A program made the translations under genes and the position numbers. DNA of 64,000 nt from a virus. How positions within the stretch are numbered: the stretch's first letter is position 1; every line of letters begins with the position of its first letter. The stretch is from the IMG/VR virus record IMGVR_UViG_3300021961_000020; one strand, given 5' to 3'. The notes beneath the pieces were generated by a model that was given only the letters and a program-made list of their open reading frames with translations, did no database searches and had not been told where the DNA came from. Shown piece by piece: positions 25,981 through 35,974 of the stretch.

Positions 25981-28900
25981 TTATTTATCCTTTAGTTCAT
26001 CAACCTGTTTCGAAAGGTCCTTAACTGCCTCAATCAGGAGAGGAATAAGTTTGTTATAGTGAACGCCCTTAGTTCCATCAGGTTTAGTAGAAACAGCCTC
26101 AGGAAGTACTTTCTCAACATCTTGAGCAATGACTCCAATGTCATGACCCCTGTAACTCTTATGACCTTCCTTCCAGTCATACTCTGTACCACGGATTTGC
26201 ATAACCTTAGCGAGAGGATCTTCCAGGGTGGAGATATTCTCTTTCAGCAGAGCATCAGAAGGAGAACCATAGAAAGCAACAATATCATCATAAACATGGA
26301 GAGGACCACCATTGTATGTGAATCCAGCACCACTCATGTAGACATCACCAGAGAATGTGGTGAATCCATTGATGTTAACTTGCTGTTCAAATGTTACCTG
26401 AGCACTGTATTTAGTGTCAGTTGCAATAGCAACAGCGAATCCAGAAGCAGCATTAAGAACAAGGTCGCCTGTTCCAGGTGCAGATCTGATCTCAGTGTTT
26501 TGTGTGCCAACACCAGCAAGAACATTGTTAAGTTTAGCACCACTCGGGAAAGTACCAGTGATTTCAATAGAACCGCCAAGGTCAACTGTTCCGCTGGTGA
26601 TTAAATCATCAGTGAAGTTGACATCATTGGAGAATGTAACAGGACCATCAAATTGAGACAGAATGTTTTGCTGAGGACCACCCTCAACAATAATTCTTTG
26701 TCTTACGATAACTTCGTCAAATACGACAGAGTTACTAGATGCAGTCTCACCAGTTACAGTGGGAATAGGAATACCGAAGGAAGATTCTTGACCACTGGAA
26801 GAAGAAATACGCTTGTTACCAATGTAGAAGTCACCTTCGTTATTCAGACCAGTGTAGACAATTACACCAGCAGATCTTTCTTGTGCCTGAGACAGATACT
26901 CTTCATCATCAGTCAGAGTTCTATTCTGTACTTGGGGGAGACCAGTGGAGTAGTTACCAGGACCATAACCAAGATATTCAAATGTATGACCAGATGCACG
27001 GAGAATAGAAGGACGACGCAATTCAATGGCAAGAGCATTGACCTTTCTGATTAAAGAACCAGCGGAATGATGAGCAGGGAGAGTTCCCAGCGCACCACGA
27101 ATTACTGTCAATGTATCACCACCACCACCGCTCAGTCCTTGAGAAGAAATTCTCATGATCTCAGCATCAACTTCGATGTAGTCTCCCAGTTTGAATCTTT
27201 GATCTGTTCCAATACCAGAGTTAGGAACTTGCAGTCTGACGGATGTTGTTGTGTTGTTCAAGTCATCCTTAACAGTAGCAATCTCTCCAGCATACAGATT
27301 GTTATATCTAGATCCGATTCTTTCGGAAAGAGCTACAGGTTGATTTTGTCCTTCAAATACACCCTGATACAGTTTATGTCCAGCAGCATAGTTGATATCA
27401 TTTACTGTGGTCGATGTAAATGTATTGATACCAGCAATGGTATCAACAATAAAATCACCAATCTTGTTACTGTTAGTATCGACGACTCTAAACTTAGATC
27501 CTCTTCTGAGTCCATGTGGACGCGATGTTGTAATTGTCGTGATACCAGTTGTAATGTCGAAATGAGTAGAAGCGATAGCAACAGAAGGAGAAACTCTAAA
27601 TGCATACTGACCACCAACAATTAAAGGATCGCCAGATGTTACTGCAATAGCAACGCTTGTCTTAGTTGGTACGGATGCAATTCTATACAGACCATCTGTA
27701 GTTGTGCCAATACCAGTAACGGCAAGAACATCACCAACTGCGGAAGAAATACCAGCAGTGGGAACACCAATACTAGAACCACTAAATCCATCAATAGTGA
27801 GAGATTCGCCACCGACAAATCCAGAACCAGGAGCGGCAATTTCAAGTCCTGTGATTGTAGTAGATCCAACACCAACAGTTACAGTAGCAGTAGCACCGTT
27901 CCAGTTTCCACCATTAAGCAGTTTTACATTATACTTAGTGGTCTCAGCATAACCAACACCAGAAACGAGATTCTCGTAAGTAACAAGACCATTCAGATTG
28001 TGCTGGTTTGTGAATGTTACAGTTACGATACCAGCAGAGAAAGCAGTTACACTAGAGACGGCAAGTCCAACATTAAATGTCTTCAAGAACTTGTCAGATG
28101 CCTCTCTTGTAATAGATCTCTTGAGATCATCAATTTCAACTTTTCCAAGAGGAGCACGCTTAGCAAAAGATCTAGATGCAGAAGGATTAACTACGATATT
28201 ATCTCTGTCCTGCTGAGGATAATAGTAAGTAACATTCTGCTCATACTTCTTAGGAGTAAACTCCTGAGGTGGAGCATAATCAGCAGCAAGAAGTTCGATC
28301 AGATAAACACCATCGTTCTGATCTCTAACATAAGGTTCTACAACTGTAGTACGATATACAGAGAGATTCTTTTGGTTATTGTTAATAGAGAATCTGGGGA
28401 GGAAAAGATTTCTAGTGTTTGTGGTATCTACATAAGTACCAGTGTTTCTCTCTACACCATCATTGTCAGTATTGGGATAAGTAAACTGATATCCATCAAT
28501 AATTCCAGAGACAGTAAAGTATCCGTTGTATCCTCTATTAGGGAGTCCATCAGTATTGTTAGAATCTTGGATATTCTCAACATAAATGATATCACCAACC
28601 TCTACCATGTGCGGCAGTTCGGTTCTAACAGTAACAACAGATGATGTCTCACTAACTTCAGCAATGAACTGATTATTTCTTCTGAAGTTATTGTCGTCGA
28701 GTGTGATAGATGTTGCAGTAGGATCAGCAGTTTTTGCAAATCCAGTCAAACCAGAGTTTTGAATAATGAATCCTGGTGCAGGATCTCTAGAGTTTCCTGC
28801 TTCCTTAGGAATAACATATCTGAACTTATACAGTTTATCTTCAACACTTCTATTATCTTCGAATCTCTCAATGTAAGAGATGTTTGTGCCTGCACCATCG

Positions 28901-31215
28901 GTCAGGTTGATGTTGCTCTGAATCTGAGGGAAGATATTGTTAGAAGTATTAACATGCAAGAACCACTGATTTTGATTCAAGTCCCACTGAATTGGGTGAC
29001 CAATTTCTCCAGCACTCTTATCAGATACTCTACTCTCTAATCTAAGATTACTTCCACCATACAGTTCAATAGGAACATTGTTGATAGCATTAGAGAATGT
29101 CGTTGCTACTTTAATCTGAGTGGGAGATACGACGATAGCATAGTATACTCTATCAAATTCGAGATTTTCGGGAAGATCTCCATCATCACTGAAAATTCTA
29201 ATCTTCTCGCCAGTTACCAGTCCAATGGAACTGACTGTCATTGCGAAGTTTACATTAGGAACACTTAACTTACTAGATTTAGTTCCTGTTCTAGATCCAA
29301 TAGATGCAGTTGCAACACCAGCAATAATATTTTCTGTCATACTGACAGGAGCATCATAAACAGTATTGCCGATGGAAACATAAAGTTTCTCATCGAGTCT
29401 GGCACCAACTCTGAAACCCTGAGACAAACTCAACGGCGGATCATCTTCTCTATCAAATCCGAAGATGTAAAGGTGACTGGAAAGTCCAACATTCTTAGTC
29501 TTACTTACATCCAACTGGTAGAAACTTACAGTATCAACTACACTTCTAGATGTGTTGACATGCTGAGGAGATGCAATGTGTGTTACATATCCTTGGTCAT
29601 CTCTTGGGAATGCTTCATTTCTAAATCCATCAGCAACCAGAGAGAATTGACCGAAGTTGGAGTTAGAGTTGGTGATAGATGCGTCAGCACCACTCTCACC
29701 TACAAAGTGACCATTGAAACCAATGGCAAACACGGAAACAACCTGAATAACAGCGTTGTTTGACATCTTAATGTGGGACTGTTCCCAACCTTGACGGTAA
29801 ATAGCACCAGAATCAAGGTGATAAACAGTTGCAGCATCTGTAGAAGATGACTGAGATGCTAACTCAGCACCAGAAACGGTAGGATAGGTAATACCTTCAT
29901 ACAATCTGGAAACTGGATTATACTTGACAAATGCTCTATCGTCTTTTTGGAGAGAGATGCCCGTGAACTGGGCAACAACCATTGAACGGAAACCTTGAGA
30001 CTTGCTGCCATCGGCATGCATGCCGTTCATACCATAAACGGAACGCAGAGAGATGTTAAAGATATACGGAGATGCACCAGTTACAGTATCAGATTCGATG
30101 GTAACTACAGCACTCGTGATGTTAGACGGAGTTGCAGGTAAGTTATTCGGGAATGTAGGCAGAGAATATGTAAATGTTGTTGCATCTACAATAGATTGAA
30201 CAACGGTAGAAATATTATACTGAGATACATTGACTCCACTAATCTTGATCGGAGTACCAGCACTTAATCCATGCTCTTGTTCAGTGACGACGGTAACTTG
30301 AGATGTGGGGCTAAGACCATCACCAGAGACAATGCTAGCAATCTCCAGGGGATCAGTACCAAGAGCACCAACAATCTCAAATTCAGGACGAACTTTCTCA
30401 AAGTCACCCTGATTCTCGGGCCATTCGTATGTAATAGCACGACCAGATGCCTCTTGGAAGGCATATGTCAGCTTGTAATAATACATGCTGAGGTCTGTGT
30501 GGTCGTAACCCTTAACCTCATTAACACCATCAGCATACTCAAAGCATGTCAGTTTGTGGTGAGAGAATGAAGGTAAAGATCTGTTATCATCATTAAATTG
30601 CTGGTGGTCGGTATATACTAAACGGTCACCTTTACCATCAAACAGAGAGAACTGCCAGAGATAGCAGTTACCAGTGATTCTGAAGATTGCAGAATCAGGT
30701 ACATCATCATCTGTAGGGTTCGGTACATACAGAGGACGGATCTTAGTCTTTCTGAGGTCAAGACCAACAATAGATGTACCACGAGGCACAACACATCCAC
30801 CGTTGACGGAGTTAAATCTATAAAGAATATTATTTTCTACAGTAAGGTCGAATTCGCTAGTTAGAGATAGAGCAAATTCTGAAGTCGCTAATGTTTCAGC
30901 ACCAATGGGAGATACGCCAACTGCTCTACTAGGATCAGAAGGATCTTTTTTAATTGCAAATCCAGGTCTGTTGTCAATGAAGTGATCCCCAGGGAACAGG
31001 AGAATCGTTGTTTTATCGGTAATATCGTTATCGAATCCAGTCTGATATGAGAATCTTGCCGACTCTAATAATGCCCGCTGAATAGTTTTGAAGGGTTTCG
31101 TCAGCGAGTTACCCTGGTTCGTGATACTGTCTGTAGCATCAAGATCATTAGGGTTAACATAAAGAATTTTACCCTCAGTATTCTTGATGAAATTCTCTAA
31201 CTTATTAAGTGGCAT
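25981..31215 (-). CDS. Large tail fibre with C-terminal peptidase S74 intramolecular chaperone
   Basis: SDALLKENI...DIGVIAQDVEKVLPEAV...GVHYNKLIPLLIEAVKDL; N-terminal KPFKTIQRA motif. Confidence 0.85.
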   Translation of the reverse strand: MPLNKLENFIKNTEGKILYVNPNDLDATDSITNQGNSLTKPFKTIQRALLESARFSYQTGFDNDITDKTTILLFPGDHFIDNRPGFAIKKDPSDPSRAVGVSPIGAETLATSEFALSLTSEFDLTVENNILYRFNSVNGGCVVPRGTSIVGLDLRKTKIRPLYVPNPTDDDVPDSAIFRITGNCYLWQFSLFDGKGDRLVYTDHQQFNDDNRSLPSFSHHKLTCFEYADGVNEVKGYDHTDLSMYYYKLTYAFQEASGRAITYEWPENQGDFEKVRPEFEIVGALGTDPLEIASIVSGDGLSPTSQVTVVTEQEHGLSAGTPIKISGVNVSQYNISTVVQSIVDATTFTYSLPTFPNNLPATPSNITSAVVTIESDTVTGASPYIFNISLRSVYGMNGMHADGSKSQGFRSMVVAQFTGISLQKDDRAFVKYNPVSRLYEGITYPTVSGAELASQSSSTDAATVYHLDSGAIYRQGWEQSHIKMSNNAVIQVVSVFAIGFNGHFVGESGADASITNSNSNFGQFSLVADGFRNEAFPRDDQGYVTHIASPQHVNTSRSVVDTVSFYQLDVSKTKNVGLSSHLYIFGFDREDDPPLSLSQGFRVGARLDEKLYVSIGNTVYDAPVSMTENIIAGVATASIGSRTGTKSSKLSVPNVNFAMTVSSIGLVTGEKIRIFSDDGDLPENLEFDRVYYAIVVSPTQIKVATTFSNAINNVPIELYGGSNLRLESRVSDKSAGEIGHPIQWDLNQNQWFLHVNTSNNIFPQIQSNINLTDGAGTNISYIERFEDNRSVEDKLYKFRYVIPKEAGNSRDPAPGFIIQNSGLTGFAKTADPTATSITLDDNNFRRNNQFIAEVSETSSVVTVRTELPHMVEVGDIIYVENIQDSNNTDGLPNRGYNGYFTVSGIIDGYQFTYPNTDNDGVERNTGTYVDTTNTRNLFLPRFSINNNQKNLSVYRTTVVEPYVRDQNDGVYLIELLAADYAPPQEFTPKKYEQNVTYYYPQQDRDNIVVNPSASRSFAKRAPLGKVEIDDLKRSITREASDKFLKTFNVGLAVSSVTAFSAGIVTVTFTNQHNLNGLVTYENLVSGVGYAETTKYNVKLLNGGNWNGATATVTVGVGSTTITGLEIAAPGSGFVGGESLTIDGFSGSSIGVPTAGISSAVGDVLAVTGIGTTTDGLYRIASVPTKTSVAIAVTSGDPLIVGGQYAFRVSPSVAIASTHFDITTGITTITTSRPHGLRRGSKFRVVDTNSNKIGDFIVDTIAGINTFTSTTVNDINYAAGHKLYQGVFEGQNQPVALSERIGSRYNNLYAGEIATVKDDLNNTTTSVRLQVPNSGIGTDQRFKLGDYIEVDAEIMRISSQGLSGGGGDTLTVIRGALGTLPAHHSAGSLIRKVNALAIELRRPSILRASGHTFEYLGYGPGNYSTGLPQVQNRTLTDDEEYLSQAQERSAGVIVYTGLNNEGDFYIGNKRISSSSGQESSFGIPIPTVTGETASSNSVVFDEVIVRQRIIVEGGPQQNILSQFDGPVTFSNDVNFTDDLITSGTVDLGGSIEITGTFPSGAKLNNVLAGVGTQNTEIRSAPGTGDLVLNAASGFAVAIATDTKYSAQVTFEQQVNINGFTTFSGDVYMSGAGFTYNGGPLHVYDDIVAFYGSPSDALLKENISTLEDPLAKVMQIRGTEYDWKEGHKSYRGHDIGVIAQDVEKVLPEAVSTKPDGTKGVHYNKLIPLLIEAVKDLSKQVDELKDK

Positions 31216-31248
31216 CTCTCTTCAGACTGAGATAGTTGTGCTCCTCTT

Positions 31249-31267
31249 ATTTAGACATCAATAAATA
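31249..31267. promoter_or_regulatory. Back-to-back late-type promoters (CTAAATA minus, ATAAATA plus)
   Basis: TAAATA cores between divergent genes. Confidence 0.55.
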
Positions 31268-31288
31268 GCTCGACTATTATTTTTTAGC

Positions 31289-31405
31289 ATGGCACAATCT
31301 GTTCGAAGGAGAAAAAGAGACGACTCTAACGATAAATTCTTTCTCTATGTTGCTTTTCATTCCGTATTGACTGCTATTGTCAACTTATTCAGAGATGACG
31401 ATTGA
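31289..31405 (+). CDS. Small membrane peptide (38 aa)
   Basis: Read by hand: MAQSVRRRKRDDSNDKFFLYVAFHSVLTAIVNLFRDDD*. Confidence 0.6.
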   Translation: MAQSVRRRKRDDSNDKFFLYVAFHSVLTAIVNLFRDDD

Positions 31406-31706
31406 ACACAAGTTCGAACATCAATGGGGTGGCGAAGACACTTGGTACACCAAAGGCAAGAGATGGGCAAACAAACAAAAGTTCCCAATCAATCATCTTG
31501 CCTTAGGTTTTATTGAGTGGTTGTGGCAACATTGGGTTGATGGTAGAGTTGAGATGGAAATGCAGTCTGTTGATAAACAGGCAGAAGAAATTAAAAAACA
31601 ATGGGAAGAAGAACCACAAACTATTGTTAAATCAACACCATCAGAAGTTGATGGACTTGACATTATAGAAATAAAAAGTCCATGGAGTGATAATGGAAAT
31701 ACCTAA
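31395..31706 (+). CDS. Conserved hypothetical protein
   Basis: Start moved to ATG 31395 (MTIEHKF). Confidence 0.7.
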   Translation: MTIEHKFEHQWGGEDTWYTKGKRWANKQKFPINHLALGFIEWLWQHWVDGRVEMEMQSVDKQAEEIKKQWEEEPQTIVKSTPSEVDGLDIIEIKSPWSDNGNT

Positions 31707-32478
31707 CATCGGAATCAGAAAAAATCAGATCAGAGAACTTAACATTCCGCCAGTTCCTGATTACTTAATGACTCCATCATATTCACTTCCAGTTGCTCCA
31801 TCAGTAACTTTAGAAATTGGTACTCCGATTGTTAATGTTCCTGGTTGTGTAGAGACACATGAAGCGAATAATGGATCAAAAACGCTTCAAAGCGATGATC
31901 CTAACGGAACATTAACATTTTGTGATGGAAATGTACCATCATTCAATCCGATTGAGTATTCTCCTAATCAGATGCTGCCTACTCAGCGTCCTAAGGTAGA
32001 TACAAGGCAACCTAAAGCTCCCGAAGCACCTGATCTACCGATACCTAAAACTCCTCCTGCTACTGCTAAGGTGGACTGTCCTACAGCAGCACAGGCAGCA
32101 AAAGAACCTGTAGGAACATATCTTGAAGGGTTCAGAAAGAAAGTTACTGACTATCAGTTGATTGGTAACCAGTGTATTCAGATCACAGAAAAAGTTTCCA
32201 TCCCAGAGCAGGTAATTGCTGGTCTTCCTAGTGCTGGATCTGTTGTAACAACTGGTGGTATTGCCGTGGTTGCTACAGCATCAGCACTTATGGCAAAACC
32301 GCTGGCAGATGTCCTACTAAAGGTCATCAAACCAACGGTCAAGAAAGTTATGAAAAAGATTGCTACTATCAGGGGGAAAACGGTTCCACTTTTAAGCGTA
32401 GCGGAGCGCCGAGATCTTCAGCGCGAACGGACGGAGGCGATTCGGGCACTGAAGAAGGTGCTGAAACCGAAGGGATAG
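31687..32478 (+). CDS. Conserved membrane-anchored protein
   Basis: Pro-rich with paired Cys; hydrophobic segment GGIAVVATASALMA. Confidence 0.75.
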   Translation: MIMEIPNIGIRKNQIRELNIPPVPDYLMTPSYSLPVAPSVTLEIGTPIVNVPGCVETHEANNGSKTLQSDDPNGTLTFCDGNVPSFNPIEYSPNQMLPTQRPKVDTRQPKAPEAPDLPIPKTPPATAKVDCPTAAQAAKEPVGTYLEGFRKKVTDYQLIGNQCIQITEKVSIPEQVIAGLPSAGSVVTTGGIAVVATASALMAKPLADVLLKVIKPTVKKVMKKIATIRGKTVPLLSVAERRDLQRERTEAIRALKKVLKPKG

Positions 32479-33256
32479 AATGTGCATGTGGTTTGATATA
32501 ATTTACATTATGAACCACAACATCCGCACATACCTTATAATAAGGACTCTTTGGATGGAATTGAATTCCTGCCTTCATCAACTCTCCACAGTTTTTGAGT
32601 CTGGCAATTTCAAAGTCGAGTCTCTTATTGGCAATCATTTGCTGCTGTAACTCTATTTGAGTTGCTGCTGCTTCTTTACATTGATCCTGTAATTTCTTGT
32701 CTTGTGGGATGCTCCAGGTAGCACTTACACCTACAGAAAGATTATAGTTATCCTTCTGTCCAGTTCTGGTAGGTACAGTGTAAAGAACATTACCAGGGTT
32801 GTCTAGAGACCCATCATCATTAAGGTCACGCATGTCATATACAGGATCGTTATAGTATGGTTCATAAGGTTTCTGCATTGAACCAGAACCAGTAACGAAT
32901 GGAGTGATATTCAGCGTTGGTCCTTGACATTGAATTCCACCACCGTAGGTGTTGGTAATGTATGGACCTTGGAGGACTTGGATGGCTTGATTAGTGACTG
33001 AGCCAGAAGAATTAGCAACAGGGGCAGCAGTGGCGCTAACGCCACCAACAGTCTCTGCAATACTTTGGGTCGGGAATAATCCACTCAGAATTATTGCGTA
33101 AAGATAGAAGTTGTGTCTGTGACGCTTTTTATTTCTGTGGTTCTTTGAATTATTGTTTGATTGCTTAAACCAGGACCTTGATAAGTTTCTGTGAACTGAA
33201 ATGCCGCCCCTGGTGTTGTTTGTGTGAATGTTGGTTTGCTGGTTACGCCAGTCCAT
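32369..33256 (-). CDS. Conserved putatively exported protein (start uncertain)
   Basis: Signal-like YAIILSGLFPTQSIA segment; four Cys and a coiled coil in the C-terminal half. Confidence 0.7.
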   Translation of the reverse strand: MDWRNQQTNIHTNNTRGGISVHRNLSRSWFKQSNNNSKNHRNKKRHRHNFYLYAIILSGLFPTQSIAETVGGVSATAAPVANSSGSVTNQAIQVLQGPYITNTYGGGIQCQGPTLNITPFVTGSGSMQKPYEPYYNDPVYDMRDLNDDGSLDNPGNVLYTVPTRTGQKDNYNLSVGVSATWSIPQDKKLQDQCKEAAATQIELQQQMIANKRLDFEIARLKNCGELMKAGIQFHPKSPYYKVCADVVVHNVNYIKPHAHSIPSVSAPSSVPESPPSVRAEDLGAPLRLKVEPFSP

Positions 33257-33525
33257 GATGATGTCACCCCATCTATAGTTACATTAGTTGCACCTGTTCC
33301 TGGCGAAAGGTTGCCGTTGACGGTAATTCCACTCCCAGTTGCAGAGTATTGATACCCTGTGTTATAGTCTATTGAATTGATAGTCTCTGTTACGGTACTA
33401 GTCGTTTCGGTGTGACTAGTCATTGATCCTTGAGTAAAGTTAGGAACAACAGGGACTGCCTGAGCAGCCCCATGTAGTGCTCCTAAGATTAATCCAAGAC
33501 CAATCGCTTCTGATAATCTAGACAT
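33091..33525 (-). CDS. Putative secreted protein
   Basis: Sec signal ending AQA, followed by VPVVPNF; Thr/Ser/Gly-rich. Confidence 0.75.
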   Translation of the reverse strand: MSRLSEAIGLGLILGALHGAAQAVPVVPNFTQGSMTSHTETTSTVTETINSIDYNTGYQYSATGSGITVNGNLSPGTGATNVTIDGVTSSWTGVTSKPTFTQTTPGAAFQFTETYQGPGLSNQTIIQRTTEIKSVTDTTSIFTQ

Positions 33526-33540
33526 TACTATCTATCCAAC

Positions 33541-34029
33541 TTATCTGATAGTGATTTCAGACACGAATTGTCCAGTTGCACTTGTACCAGCACCACCAGC
33601 AGTTAGCGACATAACCCCAGCAGAATCGATAGTACCAGCGAGAGAACCAGCCACGCCACCAGCAGTGGTTGTGACACTTCCAAATGCGGGTAAGGTTCCA
33701 ACCACACCGCTACTAACGGTCGTTCCTGTTGGGATTGCGTCTCCGCCGTTGAATGTCTCGCTAAACGAAAATGCACTACCTGCTGTTGTCTGAGTGTATG
33801 TGCCAGCATTCATGGTCGCCGCATCAGTTGCCGAAGCAGGAGCAGTAAGACCGCCAAGAGTAGCAGATACATTAGAACCACTCACAGAATAGGATGAACC
33901 AAGACGAGTTGCCTGAGAGGCAGCAGCATCAACAGTCAGTTGAACACTAGTTGAATGTTTAGTAATAAGATCGGCATGTGCAGGTGCCGCCATCAGTAAC
34001 ATACCAAAAAGCAATACTGCTTTTTTCAT
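33541..34029 (-). CDS. Putative secreted protein
   Basis: MKKAVLLFGMLLMAAPAHA signal peptide; Ser/Thr/Gly/Ala-rich. Confidence 0.8.
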   Translation of the reverse strand: MKKAVLLFGMLLMAAPAHADLITKHSTSVQLTVDAAASQATRLGSSYSVSGSNVSATLGGLTAPASATDAATMNAGTYTQTTAGSAFSFSETFNGGDAIPTGTTVSSGVVGTLPAFGSVTTTAGGVAGSLAGTIDSAGVMSLTAGGAGTSATGQFVSEITIR

Positions 34030-34054
34030 CTATCACCAAAATGTCGGGATATAG

Positions 34055-34891
34055 CTATTTAGATTCTTCAACATCTTCCAATTTTTCTACTTTTCTAGTT
34101 GGTAAAGTATAATCATAATAAAAATATTGTCTTCCATGTCTAGGAACACTCGTCTTCCAACCATCAATATGAACAAAACCACTCTCACTAGATGTTGGAA
34201 ATTCTTCAATTACAGAATCATCTTCACCATCCCATTCCCATGGAGTGCAAGAATCTACAGTCAAAATAGGAATATTAGAACTCCATGCAGACATTCTTAA
34301 GAATGCATCATGCCACCTATCGAAAATTTCAAATGCGATAGGATCCTGATCTTTTCTACCATTTGTTGCATGAAATAGTAAATCTATGTATCCGATGTTT
34401 TGATATTGAGTTGTAATTGGAGCGTACTTTGATTCTTGCCATCCCCACAGATCATTGCAAATTAAACCTCCAGCAAATCCTTCATCACCAAAATCGAACA
34501 TACTTAAAGTTTGCCATTCATGTCTACCTAAAGCAGACTCTCCACTCACAACCATAGTTTTTTTGGTTGCTGCACGAAACCAACCTTCATCATCGTAATG
34601 CCTGATTTGATTTCTAAAAACATCACCATAAACTTCTTCCTCTTGAAACATTGTCCCAAGATGCAACCAAATTTTTGCGTCTTTTTGATGCGATTCAACC
34701 TCTTTTAACGCTTCTTTAACCTCATCAATTTTAGTTTCCCATCCCAACCATCCAGATAATGAACCTTCTGGAGTTAATAGATGTTGAACTTCATTTTCCT
34801 TCGCCCAATCAATTGCTTTTAAAATTTCCTGTTTATTTTTTTGAATATTTGTGCTTACAGGAATTTGGGCACCAGCAACTCTGATAGACAT
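34055..34891 (-). CDS. Carbon-nitrogen hydrolase (nitrilase superfamily)
   Basis: VAGAQ, TPEG (Glu), TK (Lys), LICND (Cys) triad motifs. Confidence 0.8.
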   Translation of the reverse strand: MSIRVAGAQIPVSTNIQKNKQEILKAIDWAKENEVQHLLTPEGSLSGWLGWETKIDEVKEALKEVESHQKDAKIWLHLGTMFQEEEVYGDVFRNQIRHYDDEGWFRAATKKTMVVSGESALGRHEWQTLSMFDFGDEGFAGGLICNDLWGWQESKYAPITTQYQNIGYIDLLFHATNGRKDQDPIAFEIFDRWHDAFLRMSAWSSNIPILTVDSCTPWEWDGEDDSVIEEFPTSSESGFVHIDGWKTSVPRHGRQYFYYDYTLPTRKVEKLEDVEESK

Positions 34892-34914
34892 AAAATTAAA
34901 CTTGATAATTAAAA

Positions 34915-34998
34915 TAGGAACGGGGGGACTTGAACCCCCACGACTATATAGTCAGCAGATTTTAAGTCTGATGTGTCTACCAATTCCACCACGCTCCC
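34915..34998 (-). tRNA. trnL: tRNA-Leu(TAA)
   Basis: GGGAGCG/CGTTCCT acceptor, GGAATTGGTAGAC D-arm, CT-TAA-AA loop, long variable arm, GGTTCAAGTCC T-arm; CCA not encoded. Confidence 0.95.
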
Positions 34999-35008
34999 AT
35001 AAAAAGTC

Positions 35009-35572
35009 TTAAATTGAATTAAGACTCATATTAAATGCCAATGTTTTTCTAATTGTTTTTGACTTATGCATTCCAACTCCATGAAAGAGATGTGAAGGAA
35101 AAATAATTAAGTCTCCGCTACTAATGTTTGGAAAAAAAGTATCAGACATTTCATTAAGGAATATATCTCTTACCCAAATATCAGAAAAATCATTACTATG
35201 TCTATCTAAGAAATAAAATTTGGCAAAATCTATTCCAGAGTTCATAAAAAACACACACGATAAATCACTATCTCCGTGTTGATGGACTTCTTGGAATGAC
35301 CCATAAGTGTATGAAGATATCCAAGGTCTACCCTGAAACTGAAAACATAACTTACGGTTTATGTCGTCACCAAACTGTTTTAGGCAAGGTTCAATAAATG
35401 GAATAATAAAATTATAATCGTCGATATACTTAACATCAACATTACAATTAGTATTCCAACCACAATCACTGTCAAAATTATCCAAATTAGCATCAATAGT
35501 TGATACTAATTTCTCATAGTCTTTGACTTTGTATTGACCGTAAAATGGGTTAAAGAATAAACTGTTAATCAC
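35009..35572 (-). CDS. Putative 2OG-Fe(II) oxygenase
   Basis: HQH..SDLSCVFF, GDLIIFPSHLFHGV, R.TLAFN. Confidence 0.8.
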   Translation of the reverse strand: MINSLFFNPFYGQYKVKDYEKLVSTIDANLDNFDSDCGWNTNCNVDVKYIDDYNFIIPFIEPCLKQFGDDINRKLCFQFQGRPWISSYTYGSFQEVHQHGDSDLSCVFFMNSGIDFAKFYFLDRHSNDFSDIWVRDIFLNEMSDTFFPNISSGDLIIFPSHLFHGVGMHKSKTIRKTLAFNMSLNSI

Positions 35573-35752
35573 TCAGGGTCCTTCATTATGTTCGGTATAC
35601 AATCTTACTAGTTCTTCATCATACGGCATCATAACTGCCGTATTTTCTCCATTGGTGATTGCAATGTGCTCACCATTTTCGACTCTGGACATCAAATTGT
35701 CAAAGTCATCCTGAAACTCTTTAACTGTGTAAAGTGCGTTAGGCGTTTCCAT
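35573..35752 (-). CDS. Phd/YefM-like antitoxin domain protein (59 aa)
   Basis: Read by hand: TVKEFQDDFDNLMSRVENGEHIAITNGENTAVMMP. Confidence 0.7.
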   Translation of the reverse strand: METPNALYTVKEFQDDFDNLMSRVENGEHIAITNGENTAVMMPYDEELVRLYTEHNEGP

Positions 35753-35939
35753 ATTCAGTCAATGCTAGATCAGCATAAATGATTTCTTTTTCGTTGAGAG
35801 TTGCCTTGACAAATTCTAGCATGCCAAGGAACTCCTTATATGTATCACACTCAGCAACCTTTTCATTACCTAAATTGGATACGCAAAGAATTGTCCGTGT
35901 ACAGACATCAACAACGACGCCTTCAATGTACTCATCCAT
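35739..35939 (-). CDS. Conserved hypothetical protein
   Basis: ORF. Confidence 0.7.
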   Translation of the reverse strand: MDEYIEGVVVDVCTRTILCVSNLGNEKVAECDTYKEFLGMLEFVKATLNEKEIIYADLALTEYGNA

Positions 35940-35974
35940 GTGAGAAGTTTTGATTACCCCAGTATTCTAGCAGG

